A stretch of 64,000 bases of DNA. Origin: a virus. Made by a program: the position numbers and the translations under genes. This document shows positions 15,525-26,167 of this stretch, one piece after another. The DNA is taken from positions 23,490 through 87,489 of the IMG/VR virus record IMGVR_UViG_3300037246_001555; one strand, written 5' to 3'. Position 1 is the stretch's first letter. Each line of letters starts with the position of its first letter. Below the pieces are notes generated by a model. It saw only the letters and a program-made list of their open reading frames with translations, was not told where the DNA came from and ran no database searches.

Positions 15525-18077
15525 ATGAGCGCCAGACAGAAGATGCCCTCTGTTGACATCCTCAACTTTGAGGGCCTCTTCACCAAGCAGAACCCCGAGA
15601 CACTCAACGTTACTCAGCTCCGTGAGTGCAAGAACGCTGACTTCTTTCGTGAGTACGGCTCGTTGTCGAAGCTGCGCGGGAATACCCGCGTCCTCAACGA
15701 TCAGTACTCAGAAAGTAGCGTTACAAAGGGTATCTATTGGGGGACTAACTACAAGGCCCAAGATCTCTCCGGCGCTATAGATCGGCAAGTTCTCATAGGT
15801 GCGGGTACTACTATTCGTACGATCAATTCTGACGGCTCGACTACTGAGCTATTGGACGGCGAACCCGATTCTCTCTTTCGGACTTCGGGCCAATTGGATC
15901 GGTTCCTGTTCTTCACCAGCCAGGACCCCTTCGATGTAGGCAAACGAGGCCAGATGTCGAAGTATGATGGAACGCGCATAACTAAATGGGGCGTTGACTC
16001 CCCCGGTAATCAGGTAATCAAGTTCACAATTGGCGGGGCCGTTGAATCCGATATTGATGTCCCGATTGAGGGATTTGATGATGTTTCCCTATTCACACCC
16101 ACCAACGCGACGGTTTCAGAATCATCCCAGCCTGCTTGGCGCTCTACCTCGGCGAAGATGACTAAGGGTACGGCGTCTACTAAGGCTAGTATTGAGCGCC
16201 TCGGCACAGACGTCGTTGCGCCCGCCCCCTTTGCAATCAACACCATTATCGAAGATCGCGCACAAATGCAGGTATTCATTCCACGGGAAGACTACCGTAA
16301 GTTGGTTACTAGCGGTGCGGCAATATCTGTGTATATTGGCTCTTCTGCTACCCTGGTTAGCAACTATTTCCGCTACGACTTTCAGATCGGCAGACTATTT
16401 GAGGGTTGGAACACTCTGGTGTTCGACTTTTCGACTTTCCCCAGTGGCGACTTCGGCACCACGGTGGGCATACCGGATGACGATCAGCTTACTAGCTATC
16501 GCTTTGAGGTCACCACCAACAACGCATCGGACATTCTGTCGGTGTATTGGGATTTCTTCACCTCATTCGATCAAGGAGCGCCCGTTCCTACCTTTGCTTC
16601 CGCTGGTGGTACTGTGTTCAATCAGGCCCCCACTGCCATTTGGAAGTACAAGGTTACTTTCGTTGACGATGCGGGTTTTGAATCCAACGCCGGGCCAGAA
16701 TCAGTTGATGCGGACAATACGTCCGGTTCGACAAATTTCGGTCAGATAGACTTGACGGACCTGCCCGTCTCCAAGACCGGCGCTATAGTTAAGCGAAATA
16801 TTTACCGCACAGTAGCAGCCGGCTCGACGTTCCTATTTCTTGCTACCGTCAATGACAATGTAGCTACGACTTATGAGGATACGACTTCGGACGTGTCTTT
16901 GGGTACAGTTACCCCTCCTATTCTCGGCGATCTGATCTTCGATAACAGCCTCCCTCCCAGTGGCGGGATTATGCTCATCTGGAAGCGGACTGCTTTCGTG
17001 GCGGGGGACCCCCTTAACCCCACCATTCTGTCGTTTAGCCGCTTTGATTTGCCTGAGGCTATGCCACTAAATAACGCGATAGAGTTCGATGAGCGCGTTA
17101 CCGGTTTGTTTAAGACCTATCTCGGCGTTGTGGTTACCACCGAAACCTCCTACTGGAGGATCATCGGTGATAATCCCGACTACACTGTAGATAAGGTCAT
17201 CGAAGGCTTTGGCGGTGTAGGCCCCCGCGGTGTGGGGACCGGTCGAGAGATCGGCTGGGCTGTGGATCGCGACGGCCTTCGACTCTATGATCTTCGTGAC
17301 ACCATCAAGGTATCCGAAGTGATCCGTGATCGAGTTGATGCTTTCAACAAATCGAGTCTGGAGGACACCCACACAGTCCACAGCAGAAAGGACAATGCGC
17401 TTATTTGGTTGAACAAAGATACATCGGGGGTGTATTCGGACATTTACATGTACCAGTACATGATTGATGAGGTGCGTCAGGGCTGGTACACACAGGTAAC
17501 CCCGAACCCTTCTTCCTTCAACATGCAGCATCTGTGGGAGATAGAGGACTCCAACGGCGATTTTAGGCTGTACGCCTCTACTGATGGGGGCATGGTCCAC
17601 AATATGATGTCTGACTCCTCCCTCAACTGGCTGAATGACTCGGGCCAGTCGAGAGCTATCACAATGGACGTTCAGACGGCCTATATGCGCCTAGGAGTCA
17701 CGGAGGAGGCTGTGGCGCTGGCTGGGGCCTCTGGCCGTATTACGGTTCGCTACGTCGAGCTGAGGATCAAGGAGAACACTGGTGCTGCCCACACGTGGAC
17801 GGTTACCGTGGACACGAGCGACTCCGCCAGCGAGAACGCAACTGTCCGCGATACTCAAGACCTCACATTTGATTTTAAGGCGGGACAATCGCTTCTACGT
17901 CTACCCACACAGGACCTCACACCCGCGGAGTACGCTAGGCTTCGTTTGGTGAATTCAGAGAAGGACAAGGATTTGTCTATTATGGGCATCAAGATCTACT
18001 ACCACGTGAGGTCAGGCCAGTTCGCGGTCACCGGCGAATCCGGTGGTGGCGTCGCCGGAGGCGGCGGACAGAATTAG
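15525..18077 (+). CDS. Tail nozzle/stabilisation protein (P22 gp10 / T7 gp12-like beta-propeller)
   Basis: 850 aa; NFEGL...N.DF...G.L.K..G start and YKVTFV..G.ES, IYRT, Y.DT motifs; position after the adaptor. Confidence 0.75.
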   Translation: MSARQKMPSVDILNFEGLFTKQNPETLNVTQLRECKNADFFREYGSLSKLRGNTRVLNDQYSESSVTKGIYWGTNYKAQDLSGAIDRQVLIGAGTTIRTINSDGSTTELLDGEPDSLFRTSGQLDRFLFFTSQDPFDVGKRGQMSKYDGTRITKWGVDSPGNQVIKFTIGGAVESDIDVPIEGFDDVSLFTPTNATVSESSQPAWRSTSAKMTKGTASTKASIERLGTDVVAPAPFAINTIIEDRAQMQVFIPREDYRKLVTSGAAISVYIGSSATLVSNYFRYDFQIGRLFEGWNTLVFDFSTFPSGDFGTTVGIPDDDQLTSYRFEVTTNNASDILSVYWDFFTSFDQGAPVPTFASAGGTVFNQAPTAIWKYKVTFVDDAGFESNAGPESVDADNTSGSTNFGQIDLTDLPVSKTGAIVKRNIYRTVAAGSTFLFLATVNDNVATTYEDTTSDVSLGTVTPPILGDLIFDNSLPPSGGIMLIWKRTAFVAGDPLNPTILSFSRFDLPEAMPLNNAIEFDERVTGLFKTYLGVVVTTETSYWRIIGDNPDYTVDKVIEGFGGVGPRGVGTGREIGWAVDRDGLRLYDLRDTIKVSEVIRDRVDAFNKSSLEDTHTVHSRKDNALIWLNKDTSGVYSDIYMYQYMIDEVRQGWYTQVTPNPSSFNMQHLWEIEDSNGDFRLYASTDGGMVHNMMSDSSLNWLNDSGQSRAITMDVQTAYMRLGVTEEAVALAGASGRITVRYVELRIKENTGAAHTWTVTVDTSDSASENATVRDTQDLTFDFKAGQSLLRLPTQDLTPAEYARLRLVNSEKDKDLSIMGIKIYYHVRSGQFAVTGESGGGVAGGGGQN

Positions 18078-18110
18078 TCAGATCAAATAAATATGCTTGT
18101 AGAATGATCT

Positions 18111-18131
18111 AAACGGTATTATTTACTAGGG
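18111..18131 (+). promoter_or_regulatory. Conserved promoter-like motif, copy 3 (AAACGGTATTATTTACTAGGG)
   Basis: Intergenic; runs into the GGAGG RBS of the GNAT gene. Confidence 0.75.
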
Positions 18132-18143
18132 AGGAGTGTATCT

Positions 18144-18662
18144 ATGCCTGAATTGAAGAAGATACGTATTAGAGAGGCCCAGCCCCGGGATGTTGGTTTG
18201 TTCAAGAAGCTGTGGATGAAGCTACTTGAGTCGCAGCATGAAGCTGGAAGTCCTATTCTGCCGAATGAGCACAACCTAGAGGTGGCGGTAGGATTGTTCA
18301 ATATGTACGTTGACGCCGATAGGCCAGACGAGTTTCGGAAAGACGGCGTGGTATTGTTCGTTAGTGACGCGGCCGTCTTGATGTGGGGGGACATGTGTTT
18401 ACCGTATCAAGTCTCCATAGGCGATAAGGTCGCTTACGGCTGGGGTCACTACGTTGATCCGGAATATCGAGGCAAGGGCATAATGGACAAAATGCTAGAT
18501 GAAACTCTTGAACGACTCAAGTCTATGGGGTTTGACGCCATTCTCGGTAGCACTATGGACGGCGATGACCACGCAGACGAAGCTCTGCGTCGGGGAATTA
18601 AACAACGAGGCGATATTCATCTAACCGGTGAGCGCCCTTGCTACGTGCTGTTTAAGGAGTAG
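18144..18662 (+). CDS. GNAT-family acetyltransferase
   Basis: IREA...D start and YVDPEYRGKGIM acetyl-CoA motif; usual podovirus position between nozzle and ejection genes. Confidence 0.85.
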   Translation: MPELKKIRIREAQPRDVGLFKKLWMKLLESQHEAGSPILPNEHNLEVAVGLFNMYVDADRPDEFRKDGVVLFVSDAAVLMWGDMCLPYQVSIGDKVAYGWGHYVDPEYRGKGIMDKMLDETLERLKSMGFDAILGSTMDGDDHADEALRRGIKQRGDIHLTGERPCYVLFKE

Positions 18663-18665
18663 TTA

Positions 18666-19748
18666 ATGGCTGGTCTTGCCGGAGGCGCCCTGAGCGCAGT
18701 AGGCGGTATTGTCACTGGTGCAATGCAGGCCGCCGCCCAGAAGAAAATCGCGAAGCAACAGATCAAGTCTCAGGAGCGTATTCACGAGTCTGGGGCCGCG
18801 GAGCGTGAGAAGCTGAGTCAGATGACTCGCGCCGATCAGGATATCGCCCGCCAGAATCTTTTGGCCTCAGAGCAGGCCCGCCTCAATGTCATGTCTTCTC
18901 TCGGAACCCCCGGTACCTACGGTAGCGTGGGTTCTCGTTCTGGGCCGATCTCTTTGGGGGTCCTCAAGCCTATTGGGCTGGCAGGCCTGAACCGGAGCGG
19001 AGGAGACACTCTAACAGCTTCGGGCGAGCTAACGAAGACCGGTCGAGTAACAGCCGAGGACGTTCAGCTAGGGAAGAAGGCTAGATGGAAGGGGATGCGC
19101 GAGTGGAATGTGACGGGCGCCAATCTGGACCCCGACGCTATGGCTAGCGCTGTTGAGGGCACCGCGGGCTTCCGTACCGTATCCCGCATGGTTGCCGAAG
19201 CAGAGCAGCTCATGAATCGTGAAGGCCCGCTTTGGGATCAACTGAACAATTCAGTTGTTGGTGGGATCTACGAGTCCAACGCCGCATTCCAGCGTCAGGC
19301 TATGGAGGAGGTGTCTCGTATGATGGCCCGAGGAGGCACCGCTCGCAGGGTCGGGCTTCAGATGGCCCAAGCGTTTCAGGTTCAGGAGCAGGTGAACCGG
19401 ACCCGCACAGGCCAGCTATGGCAGGCGAAGATGGGTTTGGAGAAGTTCCGCACCGATTACAGTCAGCAGGTAACCTCCTACTCGCAGGCGTGGGTGAGTA
19501 ATCAAGCTGGTATCCGCGACTCCTTTACAAACGCACTCCAGAATCTCCAGCTATATTGGTCTAGTACGATGGCCCCCACTCTCGTGGGTGCGTCGGTGGG
19601 CGCACAGCAATCCACTCAGCAGGGTGTTTTGAGCGCCGGTCGAGGACTAATGGATGCGGCTAATACACAGGGTCAGGCCATCAGTGGAGCTACTCAGGGA
19701 ATGATTGGTGCGATTAAAACCATTGACTGGTCTGGCGACGGCGGTTAA
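18666..19748 (+). CDS. Internal virion/ejection protein
   Basis: Gly/Ala-rich N-terminus, Gln/Ala helical body; synteny. Confidence 0.65.
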   Translation: MAGLAGGALSAVGGIVTGAMQAAAQKKIAKQQIKSQERIHESGAAEREKLSQMTRADQDIARQNLLASEQARLNVMSSLGTPGTYGSVGSRSGPISLGVLKPIGLAGLNRSGGDTLTASGELTKTGRVTAEDVQLGKKARWKGMREWNVTGANLDPDAMASAVEGTAGFRTVSRMVAEAEQLMNREGPLWDQLNNSVVGGIYESNAAFQRQAMEEVSRMMARGGTARRVGLQMAQAFQVQEQVNRTRTGQLWQAKMGLEKFRTDYSQQVTSYSQAWVSNQAGIRDSFTNALQNLQLYWSSTMAPTLVGASVGAQQSTQQGVLSAGRGLMDAANTQGQAISGATQGMIGAIKTIDWSGDGG

Positions 19749-19759
19749 GGAAGCATAGT

Positions 19760-21895
19760 ATGGCGAACGGATTTCAAGGAGCTGTTTCTTCCGGTACGCA
19801 ACGTCGTATGGCGGGTGCTATGGAATCTGAAATGGGCTTTGGGGCGATGTGGTCCGCAGGAGCATCTCCGCAAGTCCAGCAAGCTCAGATGGCCTCCGCG
19901 CGGGATCGTGGAGCTATGGCCGCGCAGAATATTCGTAACCGCTACTTCAAGAAGGAGTGGGAGCAGATCCAAGAAATCGAAGTCCAGCAGCACTTGGATC
20001 GTCTTTCCGCCGCTGAAGATACGAGGCGTAATACACTACTGACAACCACCATGCCAGTAAAGCGTATGGTAAGTCCCGAAGAGCAGTCCTCTCGCGGCCT
20101 CGGCATTGCTGCGGAGCAGCACGCAGCCGGTCACGGTCAGGTCCAAAGTATACCCGGCGCACCCGGCAGAGACGGCAAGCCTACTCAGTCAACAATTGAT
20201 CAGCCTCCGCCCCCGCCGCCCAATACGATGGGCGACCAGGAGATAGGTGCTGTGGAAGCCGAAGATATGCTAGCACTAATGGACCCTGTTAGTGGGACTC
20301 CCATTGCTGTTTCGTCCGACCGAGGTATCTCTCTCATTAAAAATGCGAACTCAGCCTATTGGGGTACGTACGGCGAAGTAATGCAGAACATGATGTCTAT
20401 CGGCGTAAAGTACGCGGGTAATCCCTATGCCGATAAGTTCATGTCGGAAGTTCTCGGACAGGTAGAGAAGCAGGCTAGCATGTCTGCCACCGGTCAGACC
20501 GACCCGCAAGCAGCTCAGGAATGGATGGAGGGCCGGCAGCAGTGGGAAGCTGAGCAGTCTATCCGTAATCAGAATGTAGACCGTGGACGGCTTGCTCTTG
20601 AGACCAATGAAGCCGATCTTCAGGTAGCCGTACGAGACGCTGACCGCCTGGCTGGGACCGACGCCGCTTTCCGTGACCTCGTTGGTGACAAGATCGTGGG
20701 CAAGTTTGAAAGCGGCGAGCAGCTCACTCGTAGCGAGTCGCTTGAAGCGTCTAGCGCCGTGGCTAAGCACCGCTCACTTCAGGAGAAGGCGATTCTACAG
20801 CGAGTCAACCAGAGGGTTTTCACTATCTCGACGGCCAATCTTCCGAATCCCTCCAACTGGCTTCCTGAGATGTCTACCGGCGATCCAACGTTCAAGCTGT
20901 ATTACAATCAAGCATTTCAGGAAGCGGTGGCGAATAAGCTTCCCGAATTTAGAGATATGGACCCGGAATTTGCGGGTGAGAAGCTTCTCGCTTTGGGAGC
21001 TAATCCGACTGAGGTGCAGTTGTTCATGGCCGGCGGAGGAGCCGGGCCGACGGTTATTGAGGCTATTCAAACGGAGCTGTCTCAGACCGGAGAGGTTCAG
21101 AAAGCCTACGATCAAGCGTTCTTGAGGCGGCTCCCGCAGTTGGAGAAGCAGCAGCCGGAACTCGCGGGCCTCATCGACCAGTCTATTGAGCAGACGATTC
21201 AAGAGATGAGGAATCTAGGCTACAATCCGAATGAAGAACTCCTTAGAACTGATCGGTACCGGACCTTCTTCGAATCGACCTATCAGCGCCGCGCCCCTGA
21301 CTACCATGATCCGGACACTTTCTACCGTTTGGCCCGCACAAAGGACCGTCAGGTAGCCGAAGCAGATGACCGACGCCGTGAGGCTGAAGCGCGCGAAACG
21401 GCTCTGCTGGAGAAGCAGGCGGCCCTTCATAGTCTCGGCGTTTACCCGGAAGGCGGAACTACCAGGCCCACGGGACCGCTTGCAAAGCCGGCTCCTCCGG
21501 TAGAGGTACAAGCGCCCGCTCAGCCCGCCGCCACTGAGACGACCACTACAGGCGAGTCAAGTGAGTGGGATCGAGTATATGGTCCAGGTGCGACGCCCTC
21601 GGAACTCCTAGTTAAGGGCGCCCTCGGAGCAGTCCAGGGCGTAGCTAGATTCTCTCGCCGGGCGTTTGGTGATTACCAACCCTTACTGGTGCGTGAGCCC
21701 ACTAGAGCCGTTAGCTACAACATACAAGGTCAGCCGCTAGACGAGGACGGCCAGCCGTTGGAATCGAGTAACCCCTACGTGAACCTGCCGAGGAATATCC
21801 TACAGCAGCTCATCTCCACAACGCCCTCTGACTCTCAAGCATTTGAGTTGCTTGAGGAGGCCCTCGCCGCTTACTCGGCAGCCGCAACGGAGTAG
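19760..21895 (+). CDS. Internal virion/ejection protein
   Basis: 711 aa, helical, Cys-free; synteny. Confidence 0.6.
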   Translation: MANGFQGAVSSGTQRRMAGAMESEMGFGAMWSAGASPQVQQAQMASARDRGAMAAQNIRNRYFKKEWEQIQEIEVQQHLDRLSAAEDTRRNTLLTTTMPVKRMVSPEEQSSRGLGIAAEQHAAGHGQVQSIPGAPGRDGKPTQSTIDQPPPPPPNTMGDQEIGAVEAEDMLALMDPVSGTPIAVSSDRGISLIKNANSAYWGTYGEVMQNMMSIGVKYAGNPYADKFMSEVLGQVEKQASMSATGQTDPQAAQEWMEGRQQWEAEQSIRNQNVDRGRLALETNEADLQVAVRDADRLAGTDAAFRDLVGDKIVGKFESGEQLTRSESLEASSAVAKHRSLQEKAILQRVNQRVFTISTANLPNPSNWLPEMSTGDPTFKLYYNQAFQEAVANKLPEFRDMDPEFAGEKLLALGANPTEVQLFMAGGGAGPTVIEAIQTELSQTGEVQKAYDQAFLRRLPQLEKQQPELAGLIDQSIEQTIQEMRNLGYNPNEELLRTDRYRTFFESTYQRRAPDYHDPDTFYRLARTKDRQVAEADDRRREAEARETALLEKQAALHSLGVYPEGGTTRPTGPLAKPAPPVEVQAPAQPAATETTTTGESSEWDRVYGPGATPSELLVKGALGAVQGVARFSRRAFGDYQPLLVREPTRAVSYNIQGQPLDEDGQPLESSNPYVNLPRNILQQLISTTPSDSQAFELLEEALAAYSAAATE

Positions 21896-21899
21896 ATAA

Positions 21900-24800
21900 A
21901 TGCCCGAATTCGGTCTCGGAATTTACGACCCGGAGAGGGAAGCTCGTGCGCGTGAGACTGTTTACGGTGACAAGCCCCCCCGCCTCACTCCGGCTCCCCC
22001 CACCGGACCGCTCGCTAAGGCCTCCAAGAAGGACCGCGAGCACGCCGAGATGTCTACCCTCGCCCGAGGAATGATCTCCAAGCACGACGCCGCGACCCGA
22101 GAGCGCGAACTCATTCGTGATTCTAGCTATATGGCTACTGTCGGTCTGGGCACCGTCAACCCGAATGCGAATTACGAGTTCGAGCAGTCCCGCGATTCCG
22201 AGGCCGAATACCGCCGACAAGACTTCCGTCAGAACGACCCGCATGCCGCTTTCCTCCAGCCCGACAACTCGCTCATAGATCCTAATGAGGAGCCGGGAGA
22301 TTCTGGGAACGCCTTCCGTAGTACCTTGAATTTCATCTTCAGTGATGAGATGGGCATGCTAGGTATGAAGTGGGACGATGAGGCCTTCTCGTGGAACAAG
22401 GATAACTTCATCAATCAGATCACTGAGCACCCCTACTCGACAGCATTCACTCTAGCTAGCTATATCGTACCCGTCGGCCTCGCATGGCAGAAGGGGTCAC
22501 GAATTGCTCAGCGCGGGGCTAAACTTGCCGCGGCTACTGGTGCTGATGCCGCTGCTGTCACGGGTAGTGGGATTCTTGGCTCTAAGGTGGGCTGGCGCTT
22601 CGATGATCATGCCAAGCTTGTTCAGACACTTGCGAAGCCCGAAGCAAATGACGGCCGCCGATTCTTCAGTGATAGCACTGCTGACGCGCTAAAGAAGGCT
22701 ACCTCGCCTGACGAGATCAAGGACATCGTATCTCCTACTGAGCTGAACAAGATGCTGATCAACGACTGGCATCAGGAACGGTACTTCGAACTGCGTCAAC
22801 TTGCTAAGCAGGGCAAGCTGGAGACCATCCAGCAGAAGGCTGCTTGGACGATGTGGCGTCGCTTCGGTAACAAGTACTTTGAGAAGCTTCAGGACATCGA
22901 CAAGGTCATGATTCAGAGCATGGACGACTTCTTTGTGAAATCTCAGATCGGGAGATTCCTTGCTCAGGCGCCGGGCCGACTCGGAGAAGAGAGCAACCAG
23001 GCTATCTTTAAGTATTGGCAAGCCGGTACGGGCAATCGCAATACGGCTGAATTGGCAAAGAAGGTCGGTGCTGAGAATGCTGACTGGGCTGAGCGGATCG
23101 TAGGTAAGTGGGAGAATCTATTCGTTGAGCAATATGATGAGGGGTTCATCGACTACGCTACTGTGTCTATGTTCACAGATCCGGATAAGGTACCTGCGGG
23201 TTTCCATCTTCCTGCCATCCTAAAGGGTACGCCGGGGTTTGAGGAGCTAGGAGGTAAGTTTCTGACCGTGGAGGCTGGCTCTCAGTACGGCTCGCTCGTT
23301 GAGCGGAGAGGTCTGGACATAGGGAAGGCTCTGACCGGCCCCACCACTAAGCATCGCGGTAAGTTCACCACAAGCCAAGCAGTACTCGATAACTTGGATG
23401 AGTTGGAGACGAATCCTGCTAAGCTTACTATCGGGGGCTTCATTAAGGACAACATACTCTTTCAGATACACAGGAACTTCCGCGATATCATCGTGGATGC
23501 CACCGAAGGTAGTACTAGGTGGAGCCAAATGATAGCGTCGCGTGAGGCGTATGAGTCTATGCCTAAGTACGCTAAGCAGAATTGGATTAGTTTCGAAGAT
23601 CTTGACAGCGTGGTACCCGGACTCTCTGAACGCATGGAGCGTATGGTTCAATCCAAAGTCACTAAGGAGGGCCTCGACTCGGCCAAATATACTTCTATGC
23701 CTGTCATTGATCGGGAGGTTGTGAAGAAGTTTTTCGGGCGCGAGGGCTCCGCCAGACAGGTTGGAGGCACTTTCGGGAAGTTCTTTGAGCTGTTGACTGC
23801 TGTCCATAAGACGTCACGCACGGCGCTTAATGCTCCCACACATATGTCTAACATCACCGGTAATATGATGTTCCTGGCAATGGCGGGGATGAATCCATTC
23901 GGCAAGCAGGCGCTGAATGACGGTCGTATGTTTGCTAAGGCCTTCCATAGTCTTGCTAAGTCCGCAGGCAGTCGAGGCGAAGATACTATCGACTCTTTGA
24001 TGACCAAGGATAACCTTGCGAAGCTCTTTGGTGATGACCGATATGCGACTGACAAGCTGGGTAACAAGGTCGATTTTGCTGAGCTGTTCTCTGACTCTAT
24101 CATGAAGGATTTGACCGAAGCTCAAGCATTTGATGAGGTGGAAGGTCTGAAGAATGTTGATCGACTCCTCGCCCAGCTCGAAAGGCTGGAGACTGACGGT
24201 TGGGGCGACAAAGCTTTGGAAGCCACAGCTCGCGCCATTGCAGGCGTGGGTGAGGTTCCCGGAATCAAACAGACTTTGCATGCGGCGTCCTCGGCGTATT
24301 TGGCTGAGGACATGATTCCGAAGATGATGTATGCTGCGAATCTTGCTAGGAAGGGCTGGGGCAAGGACGCGATTATACGTGAAGTGGGCCGCCGCCTTCC
24401 TCAATACCGCACTGTAGGCTCCATGCAGCAGGCTGCACGCCGTGTTGTACTGCCTTGGATTACGTTCCCGGCTGAGGCCACTCGAATCATGAAGAACAAC
24501 ATGATGGACCGGCCCGTTCAGATGATGGCGTGGATGCAGGCCCCACAGATCGCGCAGAGTATAGTTAGCGGGTCAGGCCAGGGCCCGGACTTCAGTGAGT
24601 ACGAGGATGCGATTAACGCTGCCCCTCCCTGGGCTGTACGGTACCAAACAGTCATGGTGGACGGTAACGACGCCCCGGAGCTGTTGGGGGCTGTAGGAGG
24701 TGCTGGAGTCGCCGGTACGGTGGGTGCTGCGGTTGGCGGAGCCAGGGGTGCGGCTATTGGAGCTGTCGCTGGCGGTGTCGCAGGCGCAGCCCTCGGGGCG

Positions 24801-25907
24801 ACGTTCGGCCAGGAACAGGCGGAGATTAAGGACTTCAACCGGGCTTGGGTAATGGATTTCCTACCCCAATCGGCCCTGTTCCCTTCTAGCCTTCACCCCT
24901 CTCAGTGGGAGAAGGTGATCCCTTCTGGTATGGGCGGAGCCCCAGTACTCGGTCGTGAGTCGGCTATGACTGCTAAGGACTTGTTTCCTGTGGAGCCCTT
25001 TGCCGTGTTCACTCCGCTATTGGAGCTGTACGCGGGCCGCGGGTCTTTTGGGCGTGAAATCAATGACGCTAAGAGCGGGATAGACTACGCTGGTAAGATG
25101 GCGTTGGGCTTGCTGGGTCACCTTTCGCCGCCGATCATGCAGAAGTACGGTATGAAGTTGGACGACTCTAACGGGAACCCTATAGAGATGGCGGAGATAT
25201 TTGAAAGCAACGGCGGGCAGTCCACGCTGCCTAGGGCTATTACTGCTACCTTTGGCGGTCTTGCTCTGGGGGGCCTGTCCTTCTTGGGGGCTAAGAGCGG
25301 TCTAGGCGTAGCGGCGAAAACGGCCGCGGGATCGGCAGCCCTTGCTGGCGCTATTGGTGCCGGAGCAGGCCACTCTATCAACATGAGTCGTCTCATGGAG
25401 GATCTAGGGCTCAACCCAAATCCCAGAACCGGCCAGATGGGGGATATGACTCTTGACTTTGTGGCTAACAGCTTCTTTGGGCTGAACAAGTCATGGAGGT
25501 CAGACCCCCTTCAAGCCGAGTACCAGCAAACGCTGAGGAACAAGCAGACGGCTGAGCTGCGGGCGTCTTCCGTGAAGCAGTTCCGAGATGCGATCACCAA
25601 CGGACGAGCTAGCTCAGCAGCCGCCATCTTGGCTGAGATCAAGAAGACTTATATCTACCAGTATGGCGATACTAAGATAGCTGATGTTGAGTTCATTGAA
25701 TGGTCTCAGAGGATGATGAGGGACATCGGCAGCCTGCCCATCTATGGTGGGGTCTCTGAGAAGGAGCTGGTTATGCGAATCAACGCCCTCAGAGCGGCCA
25801 ACGCAGAGAAGTACAAGATGCAGCGCGCTCGATTGGCAGAGAACCGCGCGGAGTTTCTACGACGTCAGCTCAAGAAGGCAAACGGACTGAAAGTGATGGT
25901 GGAGTAA
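21900..25907 (+). CDS. Large internal virion/DNA ejection protein with glycine zippers
   Basis: 1335 aa, Cys-free, two long Gly/Ala hydrophobic tracts; last large gene of the module. Confidence 0.65.
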   Translation: MPEFGLGIYDPEREARARETVYGDKPPRLTPAPPTGPLAKASKKDREHAEMSTLARGMISKHDAATRERELIRDSSYMATVGLGTVNPNANYEFEQSRDSEAEYRRQDFRQNDPHAAFLQPDNSLIDPNEEPGDSGNAFRSTLNFIFSDEMGMLGMKWDDEAFSWNKDNFINQITEHPYSTAFTLASYIVPVGLAWQKGSRIAQRGAKLAAATGADAAAVTGSGILGSKVGWRFDDHAKLVQTLAKPEANDGRRFFSDSTADALKKATSPDEIKDIVSPTELNKMLINDWHQERYFELRQLAKQGKLETIQQKAAWTMWRRFGNKYFEKLQDIDKVMIQSMDDFFVKSQIGRFLAQAPGRLGEESNQAIFKYWQAGTGNRNTAELAKKVGAENADWAERIVGKWENLFVEQYDEGFIDYATVSMFTDPDKVPAGFHLPAILKGTPGFEELGGKFLTVEAGSQYGSLVERRGLDIGKALTGPTTKHRGKFTTSQAVLDNLDELETNPAKLTIGGFIKDNILFQIHRNFRDIIVDATEGSTRWSQMIASREAYESMPKYAKQNWISFEDLDSVVPGLSERMERMVQSKVTKEGLDSAKYTSMPVIDREVVKKFFGREGSARQVGGTFGKFFELLTAVHKTSRTALNAPTHMSNITGNMMFLAMAGMNPFGKQALNDGRMFAKAFHSLAKSAGSRGEDTIDSLMTKDNLAKLFGDDRYATDKLGNKVDFAELFSDSIMKDLTEAQAFDEVEGLKNVDRLLAQLERLETDGWGDKALEATARAIAGVGEVPGIKQTLHAASSAYLAEDMIPKMMYAANLARKGWGKDAIIREVGRRLPQYRTVGSMQQAARRVVLPWITFPAEATRIMKNNMMDRPVQMMAWMQAPQIAQSIVSGSGQGPDFSEYEDAINAAPPWAVRYQTVMVDGNDAPELLGAVGGAGVAGTVGAAVGGARGAAIGAVAGGVAGAALGATFGQEQAEIKDFNRAWVMDFLPQSALFPSSLHPSQWEKVIPSGMGGAPVLGRESAMTAKDLFPVEPFAVFTPLLELYAGRGSFGREINDAKSGIDYAGKMALGLLGHLSPPIMQKYGMKLDDSNGNPIEMAEIFESNGGQSTLPRAITATFGGLALGGLSFLGAKSGLGVAAKTAAGSAALAGAIGAGAGHSINMSRLMEDLGLNPNPRTGQMGDMTLDFVANSFFGLNKSWRSDPLQAEYQQTLRNKQTAELRASSVKQFRDAITNGRASSAAAILAEIKKTYIYQYGDTKIADVEFIEWSQRMMRDIGSLPIYGGVSEKELVMRINALRAANAEKYKMQRARLAENRAEFLRRQLKKANGLKVMVE

Positions 25908-26167
25908 TGCGTCGGGGTTGGCTGATAGCCGCCCTATTGCTGCTCTTGGTGACGATAGGTGCAGAACATGCACATCATAGAAGTGGACATCAGTACGACA
26001 GGTGGCGTGAATATCGGGGTATAATCGACTGCGTTGACCTCGACTGGGTTATCTTTGTCTTCGAGGAGCGTGTGAACGGCGACGAGTACGACAGTCTAAC
26101 TATACAAATACACCAGAAGCTCGATAAACTTCGGGAGCTTAGGCGCGGTCTTTGTCGGGACGTCTAA
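25907..26167 (+). CDS. Small protein with an N-terminal signal/TM segment
   Basis: MRRGWLIAALLLLLVTIGA; TAATG coupling. Confidence 0.5.
   Translation: MRRGWLIAALLLLLVTIGAEHAHHRSGHQYDRWREYRGIIDCVDLDWVIFVFEERVNGDEYDSLTIQIHQKLDKLRELRRGLCRDV

Noticed and set aside
25907-26167. Holin or lysis cassette at the end of the virion arm
   Set aside because: There is only one N-terminal hydrophobic segment and no recognisable endolysin or spanin nearby.
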